A stretch of 64,000 bases of DNA from Octopus vulgaris (taxonomy: Eukaryota), in assembly GCA_951406725.2 (NCBI GenBank), contig OX597820.1, positions 45,012,001-45,076,000 on the forward strand. Reading direction: 5' to 3'. Position numbers and translations under genes: made by a program. How positions within the stretch are numbered: the first letter of the stretch is position 1; each line of letters begins with the position of its first letter. Of this stretch, positions 51,526 through 62,623 are shown one piece after another. The notes beneath the pieces are model-generated. The model made no database searches and was not told the DNA's origin. It saw nothing but the letters and a program-made list of their open reading frames with translations.

Positions 51526-51900
51526 GGCGCCGCAGTACGTAAGACTTCTTCTTTGTAATTCAACTACAATGCTTATGCTTCCTCTGCTTCTTCTTCCTCT
51601 GGTGTAATCTTAATAAGAAGCAGAACGTGGATACTTCCTTTGTAAAATAAACATTAGTTGCAATTTATCAGAGCGGTTGTAAAGAAGAAACCACTCTTTG
51701 ACATACACACATACGAGAAAGGGCAACTAGCACCGCTCGTAGTGTTAAAGAACGAACACTATTTCTGATTTGACACACACGCACGCACTCACTCACACTA
51801 TCAATCACAAAGAGAAAGCAGACGGTGGTTTTTCCAATAAAGTGGATTGGAAAGGCGAAACGAAACGGATATAAATATGCTTTTACATGATTAAGTATAC
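51526..51900 (-). promoter_or_regulatory. Putative 5' UTR / promoter of the ATG4-like gene
   Basis: Repeat-free, CpG-retaining DNA upstream of the ATG; inverted CCAAT pair tttccaat-N7-attggaaa at 51831-51853. Confidence 0.45.
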
Positions 51901-54329
51901 ATATATATTTATGTATATAAATTTATTTGTATAAAGAACAATCGAGAAATTGTCGGATACTTTATTCTTCCTATTTTCCATTCCAATTTTGTTTATTAAA
52001 GTAGATTCCAAAATTACGAAACGAAACTATCAGTTTCCTCTATATAAATACGCACATACACAATCAGAAATAGTTATCACTTAATTGTATTTATATATTT
52101 ATGCGGAGTTAAAAGTCTTTTAGACTACACCTATAATTTTTTTTTATGTATGCATAACAATATGAAGGTGTAGCAATATTTTTATTTTTATTTTAAATCT
52201 TCGTGAGAAATATTTGTTTTTAATTACATTTTCCTTTAGCTGTTCTAGGTTCTATAACATAAATACAAAACATACAAACGAAAAGAAATTTTAAAAAATA
52301 CGAGAACTGCTACGCACACACATATACGAATATGAGAGCGTGCATGAACATTAATTTAATGTATTTAAATATTATAAATAAAAAATATACGTGTGTGTGT
52401 GCGTGCGTGTGTGATACTTGTGGAATTAACTGAAATAGTAATACTGTGAGGCAGATGTTGTTTCTACGGTAGGGTCTTATCAGATCAGGACAGCTTGTGA
52501 CAATCACGAGATGTAGTCCTTCCGTTCAAAACAAATTGTCAACAAACAAGGAGGTATAACTAAATAACAAGAAATCTTCTGCTTGCGAAAATAATGGCAT
52601 TTTAGTTTGTTATGAAACGATACGTTGACAAAATGTTAAAAAGTGGTTAAAAACCCTTTAAACATAACTGAATTTCTGAATAATAATAATGATAATGATG
52701 ATGATTTCTTTATTAACCATAACAGCCGTTGTAATTATCTTGAAAAATAGAAAGTATTGTCGTAAAAATCAATAAAGGTTACTTGAATCTTCGACTAAAA
52801 AACAAAACCATCACAACAGATAAAATGTGTTCTATATTACTATTATCAATTCCATTCATATCTAGAATGTATTATAAGAATTGATTCTTGTACTTGAGTG
52901 GTATTTTATGTTATCAACCCCGCCCTAAAAGGATGAAAGGCAAAGTTGAACTCGACGGGATTTCAAGTCACATGTTAGAGAGTAGAAGTTTAATTTAATA
53001 GCAGTTTATTGAATTTTTCTATTTATTCGTCCAGTTAGTTTTGATGTATAGAGAACGAAGGTGGAATTGTAAAATACTTTGACGTGTGTATCAATAACTG
53101 ACGTTAGCGTTAATGAATGACAGAGGTAGTAAAGCGTCAGACGAAATGCATTGTAGTATTTAGTTACATCCCTTTATACTCTGAGTTCATACCCCGTCAA
53201 TGGCCAATTTGTCATTCATCCCTCCAAGGTCGCCATAAATAAGTAACATTTGTAAACTGTATCGATTCAATCGATAACATTTTCTTTCGTATATCGTAGC
53301 ATTTTCTTTTTTAAGTAATTAATAAAACAAAACAAAATCAGTCGTTACAAGATAGGGAGTTATTTAACCCCAAGTATTGATCCAACACATAATATGATCG
53401 AAAATATTCAAATTGTGACGATCCGTCTTTTATTTATTTATTTATTTATTTATTTGACAGTGAATTTACAACTTTCTTTTTAAGATAACGTTGCGTGATT
53501 TGGGAAGAGTTCAACTGTTATTTGTAGCAGATCGAGTGATACTACCCCCACATATTTTTCCTTGAGGCCCAAGCCAGCTCTGACCGAGCAGACAATTGAT
53601 CAAATGAGTTCCAGCAGCGACTATTTTGGTGTTTTGTAGTTGTTTTTATATTCTAGGACCACTTTGACCAACATTTCCCCTCTTTTTCTGGGCTTTAGGA
53701 TGCGATTTGAGATAATTTAGCTACCACTTCTAGCAGGTCGAGTAACTGTCTAGAGGCTTACCCACGGGCTAGAAAAGTAAAGATTTAAAAAATAATTATT
53801 AGGCACAGCACTAAATTCCTTGTGGTATTAAATGTCATTCTTTTGTATTCCAAGTTCAAATACCTTTGGGGCCAGCTTTACCTTTCTTTCCTCAGGATTG
53901 ATAGAATAACTGAATAATTGATTCAATCGATAATATTTTATCTTATTAAAAAGATGACTGAGTAACCAATCATTAATCAATATTAAATTTATTGATCCAT
54001 TCATTTAAATGTTAAAAAGAGAAGTTGATTTTTTTTTTCTAGCTCAGTGCCAGCCTTGATTAAGCTGGCACTGTGTGACTAACTCATTACTTTTTTTTTA
54101 ATGATAATGTATGTACATATGTAACACGTATGCATATGATACATATATAATTCAAAACCACGTTAAATACAAATCCAAGACCGAAGGAAATGCAAACGTG
54201 AGTGAAGAAAGAAAAAAGGACAAAAAGGAGGAAAAAGAAGAATGAAAGAAAAAGAAAGAAAAAAAACATCAATTCAACCCAAATGCTTCAATTGGTCACA
54301 CATCACAAGTTTCAATGAAACCTACTGCA

Positions 54330-54740
54330 GCAAGCCAACACACTCATGGCATTACTGCAGGCAATGGCTAGGGTAAGGTGTTGAAACAGCTAGGTAGCCT
54401 TATGGGCATCACCTGACATGGGCATCAGTAAGGCAATGACAAAAACATTGCCATTAGCAGCCCAGCCCTTCCAAATATCTCACACTTCACAGGTTGGAAG
54501 AAATAGTTCACTGACAAGTCCTGATACTTAATGATTTTGTTCCATTCAGCTATGGAAGCAATAACCCTCCCATTTAATGCAGCATCCAAGATGTGGGAGG
54601 GAGCAAAAGAGTCACAGATTGTGACATTCCAGATAGGGCACCTACCTCTTACCCAGACCAGAGACAAAGGGTAAGACCATCTGGTCTCTTCACACATCAC
54701 TTCTAGATAATCCTGCTGGCTCCAGAACCGAGGAGGTATC
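54330..54740 (-). mobile_element. CRE/R2-group non-LTR retrotransposon remnant (restriction-like endonuclease domain)
   Basis: Minus strand gives KRPDGLT, then after a frameshift WNVTICDSFAPSH..IAEWNKIIKYQDL..FQPVKCEIFG, the RPDG..D.T..AE..K..KY..F.P..E..G signature. Confidence 0.75.
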
Positions 54741-54954
54741 AACCCAAGCCAGAAAAACAAAAGTATCTACTATTACATTATCCAATTCCTGATTTTTTTT
54801 TTTTCAAGACAGTTAGGCGTGATTTGAGGGAGATTTAGCTGCTATTTCTTGCAGGTACTAATAACATCTTAGTGCCCCCCTTGTTGGCTCGTAACAGATG
54901 AGTAGACTGTATATCATCATAATCATCAAGAACATTATCATTATCATTTAACAT

Positions 54955-55124
54955 AGGTGTAGGAGTGGCTGTGTGGTAAGTAGCTTGCTTATGAACCACA
55001 TGGTTCCGGGTTCAGTCCCACTGCATGGCACCTTGGGCAAGTGTCTTCTACTATAGCCTCAGGCTGACCAAAGCCTTGTGAGTGGATTTGGTAGATGGAA
55101 ACTGTAAGAAGCCTGTTGTATATA

Positions 55125-55164
<40 letters not shown>

Positions 55165-55381
55165 ATATATGTTTGTGTGTCTGTATTTGTCCCCTCAACA
55201 TCGCTTGACAACTGATGCTGGTGTGTTTGCATCCCCGTAACTTAGCGGTTCAGCAAAAGAGACCAATATAGTAAGTACTAGGCTTACGAAGAATAAGTCC
55301 TGGGGTTGATTTGCTCGACTAAAGGCGGTGCTCCAGCATGGCCACAGTCAAATGACTGAAACAAGTAAAAGAGTAAAGAGT
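54955..55381 (+). mobile_element. SINE family A
   Basis: Near-consensus copy. Confidence 0.9.
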
Positions 55382-56868
55382 ATCCACTTTTCCATGCTTG
55401 CATGACTTGAAAAGAATTTGTTGAGGCTGATTTTTCTATTGCTGGATGCCTTTCCTGTAACAACCCCTCACCTGTTTCCAAGCAAGGTAATATTTCCTCA
55501 TGCCTAGAAAAGTTTTTCACAAAAGACTAGAAATGAACAGCCTTGCTTGTATGATGATGATGCTGATGATGCTTTACAACCATGTCATAACCCTCCTGCT
55601 TGCCAGCTCTTGTTAAACCATACACCTTATGTCAGCATGGAGAATGGATGTAAAATGATGGTGAGGAACATGATAATGTAATATCTCAACAAGGGTACAC
55701 ACAAACACACACACCTGCACATACAAGCATACATATACAGTTATTTATACCCCTGGTTTCTTTCAGTTTACATCTATCAAATCCATTCACAAGGGTTTGG
55801 TCAGTATAGAGCTACAGCAGAAAACACTTGCCAAAGGTCCCACACAGTGGGACTGAACCCAAGACAACATAATTGGAAAGCAAGATTCTTAACCACACAG
55901 ACACATGTGAGCCTATATAAAATTAAAAATAAAATGAGCTAAGGGAAATAACTCAAATGATCCAGTGGCATGACTGCATAAATGAGTAAATGTGTAATAC
56001 TCTGAATGCTGTATGTAGAAACGAAAAAACAAAAAAAAAAATGATATATTGAAATACCTGTAGTCAGGGATGGAAATGGATATTAGGAACTAGGTGTATG
56101 ATAAGGGCTGAGAAGGCAGGATTAAATGCTATAAGTCAGCCTTCTCTGTGAGTTGAAAGTAGATCACTGTACTCCTGCACCCTGTCCAACCCCAACATCA
56201 TCCATTTCCTTCTGCTTTTACTTGGAGAAAGTAAATAAAAACCTTGTTAGCAACTCTTAAAAAAAAAAGTGGGAGAAAAATTTCAAGATAGTAAATATCT
56301 TGGAGCTTATTGATGAGTTTAACTCATTAGCATTTAAACTGGCCATATCCAGCCCAAATATTCTACCTGTTTTATGTTCAAACTAGCCAGATCCAGCATC
56401 TCACACCTGCCTTGCAATGTCATTCTAAAAATTAATAATCAAATCTTCAAAATCTCTAAGCTATAAGATAATGAATGATTAATTGTTAGAAATGTGAATA
56501 AATAAGCATTATATTTGACAGAGTAATCTGAATACGATGTAGTTAAAGGAGCAAATGTTTGATCTTTGTTGGCTGACTTGAGACAACTATTGACACATTT
56601 AATTTTATTAGACTTCATTAGCATAGTCCATGGTATTACTTTAAGCTGCATCCGGTAGTGGGATCCAGGAGTTCTAGGGTTTTCAGGAGTGTGGAACCAT
56701 CCTCTTAGCCACTGTTGATCCTATGTCTATTCTGACCTGGAATACTAGCATTTGTCAGGGTCCCAGCTGTGAGTTAAGTAGCATGTAACCACTCGAGCCA
56801 GGTTACCTTGAAATCAGGGAATGCAGCAATGTGAATTATTTTGGCAAATGAACTTATTGAATCAATAT

Positions 56869-57080
56869 AGGCACAGGTGTGGCTGCATGGGAAGAAACTT
56901 GCTTCCCAATGACATGATTCTGGGTTCAGTTCCACTGTGTTATACTTTGGGCAAATGTCTTCTACTATAGCCTTGAGCTGACCAAAGCTTTGTGAGTGGA
57001 TTTTGTAGACAGCAACTGAAAGAAGACCATTGTGTGTGTGTATGTATATATATATATATGTATATGTATGTATGTATATG
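56869..57080 (+). mobile_element. 5' half of SINE family A, ending in its internal microsatellite
   Basis: Head and body up to gaaagaagacc then (TG)/(TA)n, where the foldback element begins. Confidence 0.75.
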
Positions 57081-57109
57081 TATATTAAAAATGGGGAAGG
57101 TCAGTTTAT

Positions 57110-57170
57110 GGGATTACCTTAGGTTTCCTGTCCATAAATGGTTTAACTTTATGGTGTATCATCAGATCCC
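57110..57170 (-). ncRNA. Type I hammerhead ribozyme (left arm)
   Basis: Minus: GGGAT-CTGATGA-taca-CCATAAA..TTTATGG-acag-GAAAC-CTAAG-GTA-ATCCC. Confidence 0.78.
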
Positions 57171-57377
57171 AAAAACCTGTTGGCCCATGACCTCTTAAAA
57201 ACATGGAGGGAGAAATGCCTCTGGGGATTATCTCCCTTCACTAATGGCTATCAACTTCTGGCTGCCAGAAGTCAATAGCCATTAGCAAAGAGAGATAATT
57301 TCCAATTGTTACCTTCGAGTAGTAGTGAGGCATTGCTCTTTCCATATTTTTAAGAGGTCGTGGACCAACAGGTTTTG

Positions 57378-57438
57378 GAGATCTGATGATATGCCATAAA
57401 GCTAAACCCTTTATGGACAGGAAACCTACTGTAATCTC
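57378..57438 (+). ncRNA. Type I hammerhead ribozyme (right arm)
   Basis: GAGAT-CTGATGA-tatg-CCATAAAG..CTTTATGG-acag-GAAAC-CTACT-GTA-ATCTC. Confidence 0.78.
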
Positions 57439-57540
57439 ATAAACCGGCCTTCCCCATTTTTAATATATACTGCTCTACATCTTAGAGTGGGCTTCTTTCG
57501 GATTTATGTTTTTTTACAAATGCTATATATATATATATAT

Positions 57541-59126
57541 AGAATCGAAGGGCCTTAGAGTCAATCTAGCTAAAACCAAAGTCGTAATCAGTAGGAAGGT
57601 AGACAAATCACAAACGCCTTCAGGTAGATGGCCCTGCTCGATCTGTAGAAAAGGTGTAGGTAGAAACTCTATAAGGTGCACCAAGTGTAAGCTATGGACA
57701 CATAAGAGGTGCAGCAATGTCAAAGGAAGGCTAACTAGGAAGATGGTTTTTGTATGTGGCAGATGCTCAGGAACAATAAACACTGAAAATGCTCTGAGAC
57801 CAACTTCTGTCGCTTTCCAGGGAGAAAAACTAGAAATAGTTGATAGCTTCCGTTACCTAGGTGACCAAGTCAGCAGCGGGGGCGGGTGTGCTGAAAGTGT
57901 AACTGCTAGAGTAAGAATAGCTTGGGCAAAGTTCAGAGAGCTCTTACCTCTGCTGGTGACAAAAGGCCTCTCGCTCAGAGTAAAAGGCAGACTGTATGAC
58001 GCGTGTGTACGAACAGCCATGCTACATGGCAGTGAAACATGGGCCGTGACTGCTGAGGATATGCGTAAGCTCGCAAGAAATGAAGCCAGTATGCTCCGAT
58101 GGATGTGTAATGTCAGTACTCATACTCGACAGAGTGTAAGTACCTTGAAAGAAAAGCTGGACCTAAGAAGCATCAGTTGTGGTGTGCAAGAGAGACGTTT
58201 GCGCTGGTATGGGTATGTGGCGAGAATGGATGAAGATAGTTGTGTGAAAAAGTGCCACACCCTAGCGGTTGAGGGAACCTGGGGAAGAGGCAGACCCAGG
58301 AAAACCTGGGACGAGGTGGTGAAGCACGACCTTCGAACTTTAGGTCTCACTGAGGAAATGACTAGAGACCAAGACCTCTGGAAGTATGCTGTGCGCGAAA
58401 AGACCCGGCAGGACAAGTGAGACCATAACCTGTGGCCTTCTACATGGGATGTAGCCAGTCCACTTATGCATACCTTCCCTTCTTGGGACACAAAACTCTA
58501 CTTGTGAAGACCTGTTGAGGCAAGTGAGGATCAGAATCGAAATCGATCAATGGAAATTGCAGCTGAGTTACCAGTGCCAGTGGCACGTAAGAGAACCATC
58601 CGAATGTAGCCATTGCCAGCGCCGCCCAGACTGGCCTCATGCCGGTGGCACGTAAAAAGCACCATCTGTTTGTGGCCGTTGCCAGCCCCGCCTGGCCCCC
58701 GTGCCGGTGGCATGTAAAAAAAACACCATCCGTTCGTGGCCGTTTGCCAGACTCGTCTGGCACCACCATCCGTTCGTGGCCGTTGCCAGCGCCGCCCCGA
58801 CTGGCCTCGTGCCTGTGGCACGTAAAAAGCACCATCCGTTCGTGGCCGTTGCCAGCTTCGCCTGGCCCTGTGCCGGTGGCACGTAAAAAGCACCATCCAT
58901 CCGTGGCCGTTTGTCAGCTTTGTCTGGCACATGTGTGGGTGGCACGTAAAAAGCACCCACTACACTTACAGAGTGGTTGGCGTTAGGAAGGGCATCCAGC
59001 CGTAGAAACACTGCCAGATCAGACTGGGCCTGATGCAGCCTTCTGGCTTCACAGACCCCAGTTGAACCGTCCAACCCATGCTAGCATTGAAAGCGGATGC
59101 TAAATGATGATGATGATGATGATGAT
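57541..59126 (+). mobile_element. Young 5'-truncated RTE-type LINE: open ORF to 58420, minisatellite-bearing 3' UTR, (TGA)n tail
   Basis: GLRVNLAKTKVV, VDSFRYLG, LHGSETW, LRWYGYVARM and GRPRKTW motifs in one frame; Cys/His finger inserted; ORF start in the track is microsatellite read-through. Confidence 0.92.
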
Positions 59127-59133
59127 ATATACA

Positions 59134-59165
<32 letters not shown>

Positions 59166-59169
59166 CATA

Positions 59170-59550
59170 TTGGGTCATCACATAAATAATGCAGATTTTT
59201 CAATTGCATGAATTAAAAGTTGGAGAAGGATGGGATAAACTACTTGCATCAACTTGCTGTAAAAGCAGGCAGTAATTTTACCTTGTACTTATTCTTAGTG
59301 CAAGTTTTGAAGAGTGCAGTTCAATTTTAACAGTTATTTATTCAAAGCTATACTGGAAGTGGCAAAGGAGGATATTCGGTGCAACAGAAAGTGTGAGGAA
59401 TATTAAAGCCGTATATGGAGTTTGGACAGTAAGTGTAAGCTAATGTCATAGAAACTCTGAGCCAGAAACTACAGCCTAGAAAACAAGCCTCATCCTGGAA
59501 GATCTATAGAGCTTGATGAGGATGTCCTGCAAACCCTGGTGAAACAAAAT
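59170..59550 (+). mobile_element. 5' fragment of the same mariner family as 2840-4101
   Basis: TA then ttgggtcatcacataaataatgc TIR; collinear with the reverse complement of 4101-3685; truncated at a (TA)n run. Confidence 0.88.
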
Positions 59551-59646
59551 ATATATATATATGATGGATTCTCTCCTGTAGGTTTTGACGTGTGAGGCTT
59601 TGACAACATACTCTTTCTTTGTCAATTATAATGTTTATGTCGAATG

Positions 59647-60255
59647 TGTAGCAATATTGTTTTCTTCATTGCTATCTTCACCGTTTGAGAGAAATATCAA
59701 GAATGATCTCCTTTGAGATTGCAAACATCTTTGGCTAGTTTAACGTTGTTGTGTCCACTATTTTGATTGGTTGGCATCTAAGCGCGATTTGTCTCTACTT
59801 ATTTCGCGCCACTGACCAAAGCCAACCAATCACGGCCTTTGTTTAAGGTCCCATTTCCTAGGCTCTGTTGGGCCACCTTACTTGTATATAAGGGAGTGTT
59901 TTCAGTATACTTGCGTCTTTGGTTCCAGTCCTTGTAAGGACTAACTTCAGACCACAGCGTTACTCAACCCAGCGATATACGATTGCTCCTGCTACAACTA
60001 GCGACGACGCTAATGTACATTCACCACAGAAAGCCTACTATCTTCGCCATACAAACTGTAAACCAATTTCCATTATTAACCCTATGCTTTGTACCTTTCT
60101 ATGCCACACGCATTCACCCTGATTGTATCTGACACACACACGAACATACAGACACAAAAACGTGTTGCATACGCACATACGTGCTAACACTTACAAACTT
60201 CTAACATTAACACCATTGTAAATAAAATAATATCTATCCCTCAAACGGTGGTACA
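59647..60255 (+). repeat. LTR-like sequence, copy 1
   Basis: Begins TGTA; CCAAT boxes, TATATAA at 59885, AATAAA at ~60221; could end TACA at 60255; no TSD seen. Confidence 0.5.
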
Positions 60256-60527
60256 GCTTGTTGTCAATTCATCTATATTCTATTGGCACTGCATTGTGTA
60301 AAATTGTACTAATGGCTTATCTACATTCGTTAGGAATGCGACCACGTGCGACCCTCTTTCTTACACTGGCGACCCTCCGTTTTCAAACACGCAGCCATTT
60401 TATGTTCCCTCGAAAATTTCACATAGGTGACTTTGTGCCAGTTGAATTGACCAACCATTCGAATATCATCTTTGCTTCAATCTTATCGTCGTTTTGTCGT
60501 AGACAAAACGTCTGGCAAGAGGCTATC

Positions 60528-60915
60528 TGTAGCAATATTGTTTTCTTCATTGCTATCTTCACCATTTGAGAGAAATATTAAGAATGATCTCGTTTGAGAT
60601 TACAAACATCTTTGGCTAGTTTAACGTTGTTGTGTCCACTATTTTGATTGGTTGGCATCTAAGCGCGATTTGTCTCTACTTATTTCGCGCCACTGGCCAA
60701 AGCCAACCAATCACGGCCTTTCCTAGGCTCTGTTGAGCCACCTTACTTGTATATAAGGGAGTGTTTTCAGTATACTTGCGTCTTTGGTTCTAGTCCTTAT
60801 AAGGGCTAACCTCTGACCACAGAGCTACTCAACATGTCCAGTCACAGCGACAGACGATCAGCCACGACGACGCTAATGTACACCCGCAACAGAAAACCAA
60901 TTTCTATCTCCGCCG
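60528..60915 (+). repeat. LTR-like sequence, copy 2 (direct repeat, offset 881 bp)
   Basis: Near-identical to 59647 onward for ~300 bp, then diverges. Confidence 0.7.
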
Positions 60916-61124
60916 CCGTCGTCACCATCATTGTAGCAACTTCGAGTCACCATCACCATCGTCCACTTCAGACATGTACACACCAACTTCACAGATTCAA
61001 CTCATACTGTTAGTGTGAAAATCTCACCACGGAAAAACAGTTGCAGTATATATATCTGAAAAAATATCTATATCAAGAGAAAGATAAGCACAAGTGATTC
61101 AACTAATCTCAGCTCCGAGACACA

Positions 61125-62623
61125 ACATCCCAGGATTTCATGGAAAGTTCCTGGAAAATTCCAAGAAGTTTCCGAGGATTTCATGGAAAGATCCGGAGAT
61201 TACCTAACTTACTGGAAAGTTTGTCGGAAACTTCCTGGAAAGTTCCGAGGATTTTATGGAAAGTTCCGGGATACATCAACATCCTGAAATTTTGGTCGGA
61301 AACTTCCGGGGATTCCCCAACTTCCTGGAAATTTTGTCGGAAACTTCATGGAAAGCTCCGATGATTTCATTGAAAGTTCCGGGGTTTTCTCAACATCCTG
61401 GAAAATTATTCGGAACCTTCCTGAAAAGTTCCGTGGATTTCATGGAAAGTTCCAGGGACCCCCCAACTTCCTGGAAAATTCCGATGATTTCATGGAAAGT
61501 TCCGGGGGTTCCCCAACTACCTGGAAGATGGATCGTAAACTACCTGGAAATTACGAATTTTCGATCAAATATCCCGGAAGTCAGGAAATCATCGGAACAT
61601 TCCTGGAAGTTTTTGACCAAATTTCCCCAAAGTTAGAAAATCCCCGGAACATTCCAGGAGGTTTTCGACCAAATTTCACACAAGTTAGAAAACCCAACCA
61701 ATTTCCAGGAAGTTTTCGACCAGATTTCCAAGAAGCTACAAAATCACCGGAACTTTCCCGGAAGATTTCGACGAAATTTCACGGAAGTTAGAAAGTCTCC
61801 GGAACTATCCAGGTAGTTTTCTCCCAAATTTCACGGAAGTTAGGAAATCCTCGGATCATTCCAGGAAATTTTCGTTCATATATTTCGGAAGTCAGGAAAT
61901 CATCGGAACCTTTGAGGAAGTTTTCGACCAAATTTCTCGGGAGTCTGACAATCCTCGGACCTTTCCAAGATGTTGTCGACAAAATTTCACGCAAATTAGA
62001 AAATCCCGGAATTTCCAGGAAGTTTTCGACTAAATTTCCAGGAAGTTAAAAAAATCACCGGAACTTTTCGATAAATTTCCTGGCAGTCAGAAAATCCCCG
62101 GAACTTACCAGGAAGTTTCCGGCCAAATTTCCCGGAAGTTGGGAAGTTCTCGAAACATTCCAGGAGCGTTTCAACCAAATTTCCCGGAAGTCATGAACTC
62201 CTCGGAACTTTCCAGGAAGTTTTCGATCAAAGTTCCCGGAAGTTCGAAAATCCCAGGAATTTCCAGGAAGTTTTCGACGAAATTTACCGGAAGGTAGGAA
62301 ATCCTCGGAACTTTCGAGGAAATTTTCGACGAAATCTCCTAGAAGTTAGAAAATCTTTGGTAATTTCCAGGAAGGTTTCGACCAAATTGCCAGAAAGCTA
62401 GAAAATCCTCGGAACATTTGAAGAAGGTTTCCACCAAATATCTCGGAAATCAGAAAATCCTCGGTACTTTCCAGGAAGTTTTCGACAAAATTTGTCGGAA
62501 GTTAGAAAACCCCCAGAAGTTTCCAGGAAGATTTCGACAAAAATTTCCCGGTATTTAGAAATCCTCGGAACTTTCTAAGAATGTTTCGACCAAATTTCCC
62601 AGAAGTTAGGAAATCCTCGGAAC
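61125..62623. repeat. ~52 bp satellite with an internal orientation switch
   Basis: Unit about ggaactttccaggaagttttcgaccaaatttcccggaagttagaaaatcctc (starts at 62204, 62256, 62307); reverse orientation (ggaaagttcc) left of ~61540. Confidence 0.9.

Larger units (their letters stand above)
57080..57523. mobile_element. ~390 bp foldback carrying two inverted hammerhead ribozymes (Penelope-like pLTR/retrozyme-type)
   Basis: Arms 57080-57262 and 57264-57470 are reverse complements (centre cttctggc-t-gccagaag); the right arm runs ~50 bp further into (TA)n. Confidence 0.8.

Noticed and set aside
61140-62178. ORFs in the 52 bp satellite
   Set aside because: By-products of a stop-poor tandem repeat.
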